Source: Octopus sinensis (Eukaryota). From it: a stretch of 64,000 nucleotides of DNA. The first letter of the stretch is position 1. Each line of letters opens with the position of its first letter. Of this stretch, positions 52,326 to 62,699 are shown in pieces. The position numbers and the translations under genes are program-made. Location of the stretch: positions 46,376,001-46,440,000 of the forward strand of contig NC_042997.1 in assembly GCF_006345805.1 (NCBI RefSeq), given 5' to 3'. The notes beneath the pieces are model-generated. The model ran no database searches. It saw nothing but the letters and a program-made list of their open reading frames with translations, and was not told the DNA's origin.

Positions 52326-52871
52326 ATGTATATATATATATGTATGTATATGTATATATGTGTGTGTATGTATGTATGTTTATCTGATGTTTGTGTGCAT
52401 GTGTGTGTATGTGTGTGTACATGCACACAAAGTGAAACTCGTAAATTAATTCAATATTTGTGAAAAGATAACCACGACAAGAAAAGTGTAATAAACTAAT
52501 TCAATATTTAAGAGCAGATTATTCTCTAAACAGAATCGGTTATGACCTTCGACAGAGTATTTAAGCAAACAATCGAATTTCAACTTAGTCGTGTCTCATC
52601 ACCTCTGGTACAGTTACTAACGCAGCTCAGTTAAAAATGTCTCTGCTGCTACGACGGTTGATGCCCGTTTGATTTTGACACGTAACTACACTTATTACTC
52701 TAACTATAAACGCTGATGATTATCTTCAAATCTGTTCCTCTTTCGCAAGCTGCAATATCAATGTTGCTATTGATTTCTACCCCACATTAATTCGTTCTTG
52801 TATGATTTCTTATTCAAATTGTTTCTCTAAACAATTGGAATATGTTACTAATATACAAAAGGCACTAAAGT

Positions 52872-53075
52872 GGTGCGTAGGCAGAATCGTTAGCACGTAT
52901 ACCTAGCAGCATTTTGTTCGCCGTTACGTTTTCAGTTCAAATTCCGCCGAGGTCAGCTTTGCCTTTCATCCATTCGAGGTCGATAAAATAAATGCCAATT
53001 GAACGCTGGGGTCGATGTAACCAATTTACACCTCACCCGAAATTGTTGGCACTATGCCAAAAATTGAAATCAATA
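52872..53075 (+). mobile_element. SINE family A copy
   Basis: GGCAGAATCGTTAGCACG..GTTCAAATTCCGCCGAGGTC..GTCGATAAAATAAA. Confidence 0.8.
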
Positions 53076-54397
53076 TACAAAACACTGCTGATTTCTCTTT
53101 CACAAGGTTCATGAATCCAGGCTCAGTAAAAGGAACGAAAATGGAATTTGTAACATTTTCTAGGCTGTAATTGAAAATTAATTAGTCAATCGAAGATCGA
53201 AACCTTATCGAACACACAAGGAACATACATTATACAATGAAGAAAAGGTTCTTACTAGTATTGAAAGCTGGACGGACCTTGTTGCACTAGATTCACGGCA
53301 AAATATCCGCTGGCCATTTAGGTATTTATATGTTTCTACATTTATTTATACAGCTATTCACGTACGAATATATAATTTATGCCTTTCTGCGTGCGTACAA
53401 GGATGTGTGTGAGTTTATACATCTTTTTTCCACCCCTCTCTTCTTTCTCTCTCTCTCTCTCTCTCTCTCTCCTTGCATGAAAGCGTATAAAAGTGAAGTG
53501 TGTACTCTCTTCTTGCAGAAGGAGAATGTTATGTTCCCCTACATTTGAAATCCCTAAAACAAACAAAATAAATTAATGTCAAAAATATTGTTTACCATAA
53601 AATTTTAATTAGCTATTAAAAATATTTGTATTAGAAAAAAAATTAACATTCTCACCACTACCTGAAACGTGAAATGCAGTTATCTATTTATTTCTGAAGC
53701 TAGGAACATCATCCAACGTCATTGATAATAAAGAGAACAACACGAAGCGCTTCAGTTTAAAAAATCGCTTCAAAATTCACGTCAGAGGAATTTATGGCCT
53801 TGCAGAAAGATTATAGTTTTGACAATATTTGACGCATGACGAAGTAAATAACAAGTTTTCCCTCAATCATGTGGTTCTAGGTTTGATCAACTTGCATGTT
53901 ACCTTGAGAAACTGTCATTTACCGTGAAATTTGCGTGTGAAATTGGGTAGTCAAAATCCGTATGGAAGCCTGTATTTGATGACTGTTCATATAACGCGAA
54001 GACGCAGGCTTATTATAAACTATGTAAAGAAGAGTAGATACCGATTGAATATTATGTCGTAAGTACAAGGGCTTACTGAGTGCTTATACAGTGGGAATGT
54101 AGTTCCATAGAACTAAAATTTTAATTTAAAAAAACTGACAAATTCAATCTGTCTAGCAGTTGTTTGAAATGTTAGCCTATTCTTCAATCTAGGTGTTTGG
54201 AAACGTGATGCATAACTTTTCTTTAAACTTTCTAATTTGATTATAGATTTGTTTTTATCCTATGTTACTTTCATAGAAAAGTTCGGTAAGAATTATTCTT
54301 AACTTGATTGACCAAACTTCGCTGAGATACTTGTATATAACTTATGAACTCATAATACTCTATTATTGATGCAGGATATTACCCACCCATAGGGGGT

Positions 54398-54605
54398 GCG
54401 AGCCAGCAGAATCGTTAGCGCGACGGGCAAAATGCTTAGCGGCATTTCGCTCGTCTTTACGTTCTGAATTCAAATGCCACCGAAGTCAACTTTGCCTTTT
54501 CATCCTTTGAAGGTCGATCAAATAAATACTATTTGAACACCAGAGCAAATGTAATCTACTTACCATCCCCTCAAAATTGCTGACCTTGTGCCAAAATTAG
54601 AAAGA
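54398..54605 (+). mobile_element. SINE family A copy
   Basis: GAGCCAGCAGAATCGTTAGCGCG..AACTTTGCCTTTTCATCCTTTGAAGGTCGAT. Confidence 0.8.
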
Positions 54606-55811
54606 ATATTGTCTACCCAGCTCTTCCTCTTTTCCTATTTACAAGGCTTCGATTTGAAATAATCTAGATGTGTGAGATGATTAAAGCCTATTGCTTGTCG
54701 AAATATTCTCTAACACTAAACGTCCAGTGTGATATGACAGCGTAACATATAACTAAGACATTATCGACCTAAACAGTTTTGATATCAATCTTATACGTCA
54801 GAATGGTGAAAGCTGTAAAGATAGAAAGATGCCACTTAATAGAACGGATACAACATTGTAAACAGCATCGGAACGAATGATAAGAAATAAGCAAAAATAA
54901 AATAAATAGATAACATAAATGAAATGACGTGTATTTCGTAGTTTTGCAATGTTTTATTCAGCTCCCCCTGTGAGTGTGATCAGAAGATGATTTAGAGTTT
55001 CATTGGTTTCATCTATAATTCAAAAGGATTGCTCAGTCATCGATGGATGCCTATGCTCATCAGAAGTCAAGTCACTGACACAATCATAGATTGGCAGAAT
55101 ACTACACGTAGTTTTATCGTTTAGTGGCATCGATTTAATTTCTTTCACCAAAATTCCATAGAACAAACGTGATCGACATGTAAGAGAATCAATAAATTTT
55201 CGTTTAATATTTATTCACCCTCTCACTAAAGCGATAAATAGATCCAACTGATTGAGGTGTTTTGTGATCAGAGGTATCCAAAAACTGCTATTACGTATTT
55301 ATTGATTCAAGACGAAGCTGTATGAAATTTGTGACCTTCAAGCCGTGTTTTTGAGGACATTGAAAATAAAGCAAGCAATTTACAGACAGGAATCGAACCT
55401 ACACTGCAGGCTAAAACTTACCAGCAATTTACCACCTACACTATCGGACTGGCTCCGCACACTTTATGGTTATATGTACTATTTTTTCCCATCATGCTAA
55501 TTTTTAAATGAATAAAAGGTAACAGTAAAAATCAATATTTTTATCACGTGATTCACAAATGTGTTTGTAATTAAAATTATAGGCGTTGTGCCAATGTGAG
55601 AAATCATAATTAGAATTTTGATTTTATTTTCTATTATAACAATTCATCATGCCAGTACTTTAAATCACACACGCTCGCGCCTGCGCCTACATTCATATAT
55701 ATGAATAAACCGTTTTAGCTGTGCACAATCAAACACAAACGTATATATACATACACACACACATATATATACTTGTAAATGCAGATATTGTGCAAATATA
55801 GTGTTCCGTTG

Positions 55812-55854
<43 letters not shown>

Positions 55855-57647
55855 TATGTATATTTGAGTCTCTTTGTTTGCGGTAAGCTTTCATTTTCGG
55901 GACTAAGTTCTAGGTGTTTTCATTTCCCCAATACAAATCATTCCAGTTTAGTGGGAAATAATATTTTGAAAAGCATGGACGCGCCCGAAACTTCCATTGA
56001 CACATATTTCTCTTTCTTATTGAAATAGTTCTGTGTGACAATTCATCCTTACAATAATCATCTACATCAGTATCCCGATAATATTATTCATCGACACAGC
56101 CATCATCCTCATCAACATCACTGTTGTTACTTTAATCATCATTTCAATCATGATGGTCATGATATACATCAAATTTCCATCAGCATTCGTTTTTCTTTTT
56201 AAGGTAGAGGAGAGGCAGTGACTGAGATTAATTCTATGAAATCAGAGACGCCTCTGAGAGAAGTGACCTGGCTTCAATGCTTGCAACAGACAAAACTCCG
56301 ATAAAAGTACCAAAGAACGGAGTGGTGTTAAATCGAGCCCGGGACCCGATCTACTAAGCCCTTACTATCCTCATCGTTATCCATTGTCATCATCATCGTC
56401 ATCATCAACATCGTCGTCGATTATCATCATGGTTACCATCATGAATCATCATCATCATCATCATCATCACCACCACCAACAACAACAACAACCACCATCG
56501 TCGTTATCATTGTTATCTTCGTCGTCATCATCGTTACTTTCCTCCTCTTCTTCCTTCACTTCCTACTGTTCATCATCTTACACATCATCATCATCATCGT
56601 GATCATCTTCATCTCGGTCGTCTTTTCACTGGTCGTCAAACTGACCATCGTTATTGTCGTTATCGACATCGTAGTCGCTGTTATGACCTTCATAGTATTC
56701 ACATCTTAGTAAACAGCTCTCTCTTAGATTGTCTTATGAATAAAACATGGTGAGTGCGTGATAAATCTGTTAACTGAGCACATTGCACATTTAACAGTGA
56801 AGAAGAGACGGAAAGAGAGAGAGAGAGAGGGGGGCACAGAATGAGAAGGAAAAGAAGAAGGAGAAGTGAGGGCAAAGGGAAAATACTAAACAGGAAAGGA
56901 AGAGAAGTGAGAGAGCAATAAATAAATAATGAAAGCGAAAGAACTGGGATGAAGAAATTCTAGTAGAGTTTTCGAACGGAACTTGGGATTGTTTCTTATT
57001 ACCAATATCAGCAAATGTACTTATCTCGACACAGCTATACACACACACACACACACTACGCACACACGCACACACGCACACGCGCACACACGCACAGGCA
57101 CACGCACACATACAAACATACACACACACAAACACACACACACACACACACGCAAAAGACATAAAAAATGACTTTATTTCTAAATAAGATTGAGGACCTA
57201 TAGTCACATGTTTCATAAATACATTTGTATGTCTATGTGCGTATATATATGCACACACACACAGACACACGCACAGACGCACACACACACACAAACACAC
57301 GCATATCATATATATTTATATATATGTATATGAATAATATGCATAAATATATGTACATGTGTATGTATGTATGAATGTATGCACGTGCGTACGTGTGTGC
57401 ATGTGTGCATGTGTGTGTGTCCAAACATGCAAAAGTTGCATAAAGCTCCATGCTGTTAAACTGGTTATACGCTAACTGGTTATTGGCAGACAATCTTTTA
57501 CTGTGGCTTATGGAAAATTGTTTGAGAGACAGAACGAGTTCTGTTTTCCGACACAATACTTCTAACATGACACTGAGTGGAAGTGTACGTAACCACTTAG
57601 TATTCTGTAATTTTGCTTATAACCTATACGCCTTATTATATATTTCT

Positions 57648-57709
<62 letters not shown>

Positions 57710-57712
<3 letters not shown>

Positions 57713-58860
57713 TATATACATACGTATATGTACATACTTACATCTATATGTATATATATGCATATGTGGGCACAGGACGTCATGAAACGTGTACAAAAAA
57801 TATAAAGCACGAGTGCATGGGACATGAAATATTCTTTCGAACAACGAAAGACACAAATGGAAAACAATGACTGTTTTTCTAATCTCGTATTTCGAGAAGT
57901 TAACAACAAGATACACTTTCGATAAAACAGCTGCTCCCGCAAAGCAAATTAAATAAAATTTGATATTTTGCGGAGGGTCAAAATAGGTGGCATAAATAGA
58001 ACAGTGAAAACAAACTGGAAGGGTTGCTAAGCCTAAACTAGGTTGTGGTATCGAACGCGTAAATTAAGCTAGGATAGGAGACAAACAAGAACATGTCTGC
58101 CTTGTTCCAGTAACACTGGAGAGAAAGAAAGATGTCCGATGGTCACGTGGGAGCCATGTGAGTAAGGGAGAGGGAGTGAGGGAGAGATTGACAGAGTAAT
58201 AGGTTAGAATAGTGGGAGAAGGGGAGGTAAAAGAATAAGAGAGAGAAAAACGAAAGAGTAATAAGATCGTATAGAGTGCACATCAGAATAATTAAGATAA
58301 AACTTACTTGGAAGAGGATGCGTGGCGATCAATCATATAATAATATAAATAATATATATATGCATATATACATATGTATACGTACATACATCTATACGTA
58401 TATATTTGTGCATATGTGTGCATAGGGCGTCACGAAACGTGTACAAAACATACGAAGCACCAGTACATGGAACATGAACTATTCTTTCGAACAACGAAAT
58501 ACACAAAGGAAAAACAAAACAACCATAAAGACCGACTATTCATCAGTTGTTAGTTGTTTCTCTATCCTCGTATTTCGAGCATTTAACAACAATATACGCT
58601 TTCGATGAAACTGTTGCTCCCGCCAATCAAATTAAATAAAATTTGTGACTTTGCGGAGGGTCAAAATAGGTAACATTAAGCGGACAGTAAAAATAAATAG
58701 GAAGGCCTGCGAAGCCTAAACGAGGTTGTGGTGGTGAACGCGTTAATCAAGGTAGGATAGGAGACAAACAAGAACATGTCTTCCTTGTTCCAGCTACATC
58801 GGAGAGAAAGATGTCCGATGGTCACGTGAGAGCCACGTGAGCAAGAAGGAGGAGTGACGG
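57710..58860. repeat. Diverged tandem duplication, ~650-bp period
   Basis: Shared blocks such as GAAACGTGTACAAAA, TATTCTTTCGAACAACGAAA, TTTGCGGAGGGTCAAA, GGATAGGAGACAAACAAGAACATGTCT and GATGTCCGATGGTCACGTG occur twice. Confidence 0.9.
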
Positions 58861-59019
58861 AGAGAGCGATATATATATATATCAACACCCATACACCATC
58901 ATCCACAGACGCTTACGTTTACACACGCACATATCCACACGTCGAATTCATTAGCACCTCTCTCCACACACACACACACTCTTACATATACACACGCACG
59001 CGAACTTTCGTTTTGGGAT

Positions 59020-59240
59020 CACCAGTACTTTATTATCTCCCCTTCTTCCTAGCACCCTTGTCAAACTATTTTCGCCAACTAGTCCTTCCCTTCGAAACAC
59101 GCATTGAGTCGAACCAGGGGCAGCTGATGAAGGGGAATTTTCCTTGTAGTGTTTGTCCTGTACTCTGTTTTTTCGTTGTTAAAAAAGTCCGTTTCCTTGT
59201 TTGTTTTTATGTTTCCGTTTCTCGTTGTGTTCTACGTTTA
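59020..59240 (+). mobile_element. Probable Penelope-like terminal fragment with partial hammerhead halves
   Basis: CCCTTCGAAACAC..GAGTC..CAGCTGATGAAGGGG followed by a T-rich tail; stem I cannot be closed. Confidence 0.4.
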
Positions 59241-59256
59241 TTTGTGGTGTCCTGTA

Positions 59257-59316
<60 letters not shown>

Positions 59317-59387
59317 TGTATATATACATATAGATGTAGGTATGTAAATATATGTATGTATGTATATGTTTTATTTGTTAAATTGTT

Positions 59388-59427
<40 letters not shown>

Positions 59428-59732
59428 CATACATACATACATACATACATACATAAATATATGTATCAATAATAATAAAAGGCTAAAATTTAATTAATTA
59501 ATAATTAATAATTTTGCCAAGTAGTTCGGTACGTTAAAATAAACTTTTTAGGTAAAATCATACAAATATTCTATAAATACAAACATAATTATAATAAGAG
59601 GTCAGCTAATTGCTTCGCCACGCACCGAATTTAGAAATAGGTGTTAAAATGCCCTTTCTACTACCATAGAATATTTGTATATATATATATACATTTTAGA
59701 GAGAATTAAATTTAAGTTTATATATATATATA

Positions 59733-59884
59733 CTTTATTTTAAGCAGCAGAAAATTCAACAAAATCTGTTACTCTGAGTTTCTCGTTGCCGTTCATCAGA
59801 CAGTTCATCAAAACTGTCTGATGAACGGCAACGAGAAACTCAGAGTAACAGATTTTGTTGAATTTTCTGCTGCTTAAAATAAAG
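59733..59884. repeat. Perfect palindrome: 73-bp arms, 6-nt loop, HHR-like motif on each strand
   Basis: 59733-59805 is the exact reverse complement of 59812-59884; the loop is CATCAA. Confidence 0.95.
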
Positions 59885-59953
59885 CATATTACTCTACCAC
59901 TGGTATTTGACTACTCTTTTTTCCACCTTGTTTCACATTTATGTGTTTACTCC

Positions 59954-59990
<37 letters not shown>

Positions 59991-60060
59991 ATAAAAATGG
60001 TAAGACAACAAAAGAATGAAAGAGACCTCGATATTATGTAAATAGAGGAATTTATCTGTT

Positions 60061-60321
60061 AATGTAATATGTGGCAATTATTCGGTAGTCATGATAAAAC
60101 TCCGAGTTTCAGATGCCGAGGTGGAAAACCACGCCGCAGTCTCTCCAGTTATCCGGCCATCGGAAAAAAGGAAGCTTCTATGCAGTTGCTGGACATGCTA
60201 GAAGTAGCAATTTTTTTTCCGATGGCTGGACAACTAAAGAGATGGCGGCGAGGTTTTCCACCTCGGCATCCGAAACTCGGCGTTTTATCATGGTTGCCGA
60301 ATAATTGTCACATATTACATT
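60061..60321. repeat. Imperfect inverted repeat (~109-bp arms, ~43-nt spacer) of a hammerhead-bearing repeat
   Basis: 60061-60169 pairs with 60213-60321 with about a dozen mismatches. Cores are CTAAAGA (60234, +) and CTGGAGA (60148, -), each followed by GAAACTCGG.GTTTTATC. Confidence 0.88.
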
Positions 60322-60401
60322 TACATATATATACTCTTTTACTCTTTTACTTGTTTCAGCCATTTGACTGCGGCCATGCTGGAGCACCGCCTTTAGTCGA
60401 G

Positions 60402-60443
<42 letters not shown>

Positions 60444-60478
60444 CGCAGGAGTGGCTGTGTGGTAAGTAGCTTGCTAAC

Positions 60479-62699
60479 GGTTGCTTCTGCGCATGTGCGA
60501 GTCAGTGTTGTGTTTGGCACTGAAGCGGTGAAGACGTGCTATTGAAAACTTTGGAAGCCCCATGTAAGGTAAGATTCTGTTTTCTGGGTCCAGTGGGAGT
60601 TTTTGTTGAGAATTGTTTTTTACAGGCAGGAAGTCCTACTGGATTCAGAATTCTGATTCTGCCGACATGTGGCAAATATATTTTTCTCGCTGAGAAAATT
60701 TTTGGGGGCGTATCTGTCCTCGATAAATTGAGTAAATAATTTTCTCACCTAATTGTGAGAATTGTATTGTGCTGTGAAGAACTTTTATGAATTGTGAAAA
60801 CTACTACTTCGCAAGAAAATTATAAAAATAAGCCACTATTGGATTACCTTTCGGACCCATTTTTGTGGAGGTTGTGTTGCAGTTGCGGCGTTCCAGGTTA
60901 AACCCAGGCCGGGAGTACCGCAAGGCCAGAATATTTTTGCTGTGTTTTTTTTCTGTTTATTAACTTTCTTTTGAACTTCATTTAACCCCCCCCCCCCCTT
61001 TTGTTTTTTTTCTTTATTGCGACTTTCCGTTGATTTCCTCCCTTCTGTTGTGCTTTCTCCTTTTTGTTTTTTCAAAAATCTATCAAATTTTATTTGGACT
61101 TTTGAACTTTTTTCTTCCTGCTTTTTGAGTTTAATTTGAATATATTTAAAAAAAAAAACATGGCAATGAAAAATAACAAAATTTTGGAGTGGGAAATCAT
61201 ACCACCTAAAAAGTGGTTAAAAGACCGTGAAGATAGGACGGTGGTGTTGAGAACCTACTCCAAGGCACTTGACACCATCGCCTTATTCGAAAAGACGGCA
61301 ATTGAGGAGGAGTTGGAAGAGTATTTGCCAACAATTAAATTCATTTCCAGGGGTGTCAAATATGCAACGGTGTGGTTGCTATTTGACACCCCTGAAGAGG
61401 CTTGCAAATTTGCTAGCAAACCCTTGGAGGGTAAGGAGATCTTATTCCTGCCCACGTACAAAAAAAAGAAATTGATGAAAGCTTGGATCTGCGGACTGCC
61501 ACCCGACATAGAACCCGACGGGATAGAGGAGACTATCCGCCGGGGTCTGGGTGACAGCGAAACTAAGCTCCTCAATGTAAAAGTTCTTCCTGCGGCTGCT
61601 TGGGTTGGGTCAAAAGCAATTTTGACCCTGTGGGCCCAATCAGCCAATCTGGTTCTTCCAGATTTTTTGAAAATGGCCGGGTGCAGGTACCCGGTGATGC
61701 TTGAGGGTCGCCCCCCTAAGTGTCATCGGTGCTTGGAGTCCGGCCACATAAAGAAGAACTGTCCTCGGGAACAAAATAGGATCCCGGAACAGTTAAGTAA
61801 AACCCCTCTAGAAGAGGGAACGATAACGGCCGAGAAAGCAGAGGACTCCTCAAACAGAGGCCGAAAGAGGAAGGTGAGCAACAATGGGTGCTCACCAAAG
61901 GATAATAGGGATGAGGAGAGGAAGGCGAATCTTCCAGCCACGGAGGAGACGCACCCTCCCTCAGTTGAAAAGGGAAAAAAAAGAAAAAGAGGAAGGAAAA
62001 ACGGGACATTACCGGCTGTCAGTGTAGCACCGGAATGTCCCGGAACTACGTCGGTTGGGGTTGTGCCACCGACAAGAGAAGGAATACCGTTGGCGGGAAC
62101 TGTACCGCCAACGAAAGAACTGAACGTATTGGTCCTCTTCTATAGAGGAGGAGAAATTGAAAAAGTGATGGAAGAGCACTACAAGGGAGCACCTTTAGCC
62201 TTCACACAGGACCCCGAATGGCCTCCGCAGGTAGCTGTGGAGGCCGTGGCGTTCGACGTGACGCTTGGGCTAAAGGAGCTCAATGAAGATTATAACTTGG
62301 TCCCGGGCGACGCGAACTCGGAACTTGATTATGTTCTGAGGGAGGCGTGGTTGATGGTGGAGGGCGCGGGCACAAGCTATTTCGAGGACGATATGTAATA
62401 TTAGTAATGGACTTAAGTCCAAAAATTGAAAAATTGTAAGATGATTAATACCTCGTTCTGTATTAATAATGGACTGCTAAGTCCAAAAATTGGAAAAATT
62501 GTAAGAGGTTTAATACCTCGTTTTGTGTTTATCCTTAAAAAGAGCAATGTTTTAGAGAAGCGAAAGTCGGCGGGCGCTTTTTGTCTTCTCCCATCCTTAT
62601 CATCCTTCTTTCATTATCATTCACCTCATTAATGTCCTCGTCCAGCCCGCAAAGCTAACTTAATCTGTGTACTGCCTTTATGGCAAATGTTTTGAAATA
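60479..62699 (+). mobile_element. ORF1-only Tx1/L1-like retroelement (candidate HAL1-type non-autonomous element)
   Basis: Single intact ORF1-like CDS with ~680-bp 5'UTR and ~300-bp 3'UTR ending TGAAATAAA. TSD AAGTAGCTTG at 60464-60473 and 62700-62709. No EN/RT sequence. Confidence 0.75.
61160..62398 (+). CDS. Intact 412-aa Tx1/L1 ORF1-like nucleic-acid-binding protein (RRM-like + CCHC zinc knuckle)
   Basis: ATG at 61160. KAWICGLPPDI..DFLKMAGCRYPVMLEGRPPK-CHRCLESGHIKKNC (CX2CX4HX4C, 61721-61762); basic RGRKRK and KKRKRGRK clusters; GC-richer than the flanks. Confidence 0.88.
   Translation: MAMKNNKILEWEIIPPKKWLKDREDRTVVLRTYSKALDTIALFEKTAIEEELEEYLPTIKFISRGVKYATVWLLFDTPEEACKFASKPLEGKEILFLPTYKKKKLMKAWICGLPPDIEPDGIEETIRRGLGDSETKLLNVKVLPAAAWVGSKAILTLWAQSANLVLPDFLKMAGCRYPVMLEGRPPKCHRCLESGHIKKNCPREQNRIPEQLSKTPLEEGTITAEKAEDSSNRGRKRKVSNNGCSPKDNRDEERKANLPATEETHPPSVEKGKKRKRGRKNGTLPAVSVAPECPGTTSVGVVPPTREGIPLAGTVPPTKELNVLVLFYRGGEIEKVMEEHYKGAPLAFTQDPEWPPQVAVEAVAFDVTLGLKELNEDYNLVPGDANSELDYVLREAWLMVEGAGTSYFEDDM

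Noticed and set aside
56384-56602. Poly-Ser/His/Gln ORF resembling a transcription-factor low-complexity region
   Set aside because: Degenerate (CAT)n/(CAA)n repeat, no splice signals or domain.
59085-59140. Type II hammerhead (GAAAC..GTC..CTGATGA order)
   Set aside because: Stem I cannot form and CCCTTC competes for the GA of the core; kept only as a partial PLE remnant.
60061-60321. MITE interpretation of the inverted repeat
   Set aside because: No TSD or transposase-type TIR ends; the arms are better explained as inverted copies of an HHR-bearing repeat.
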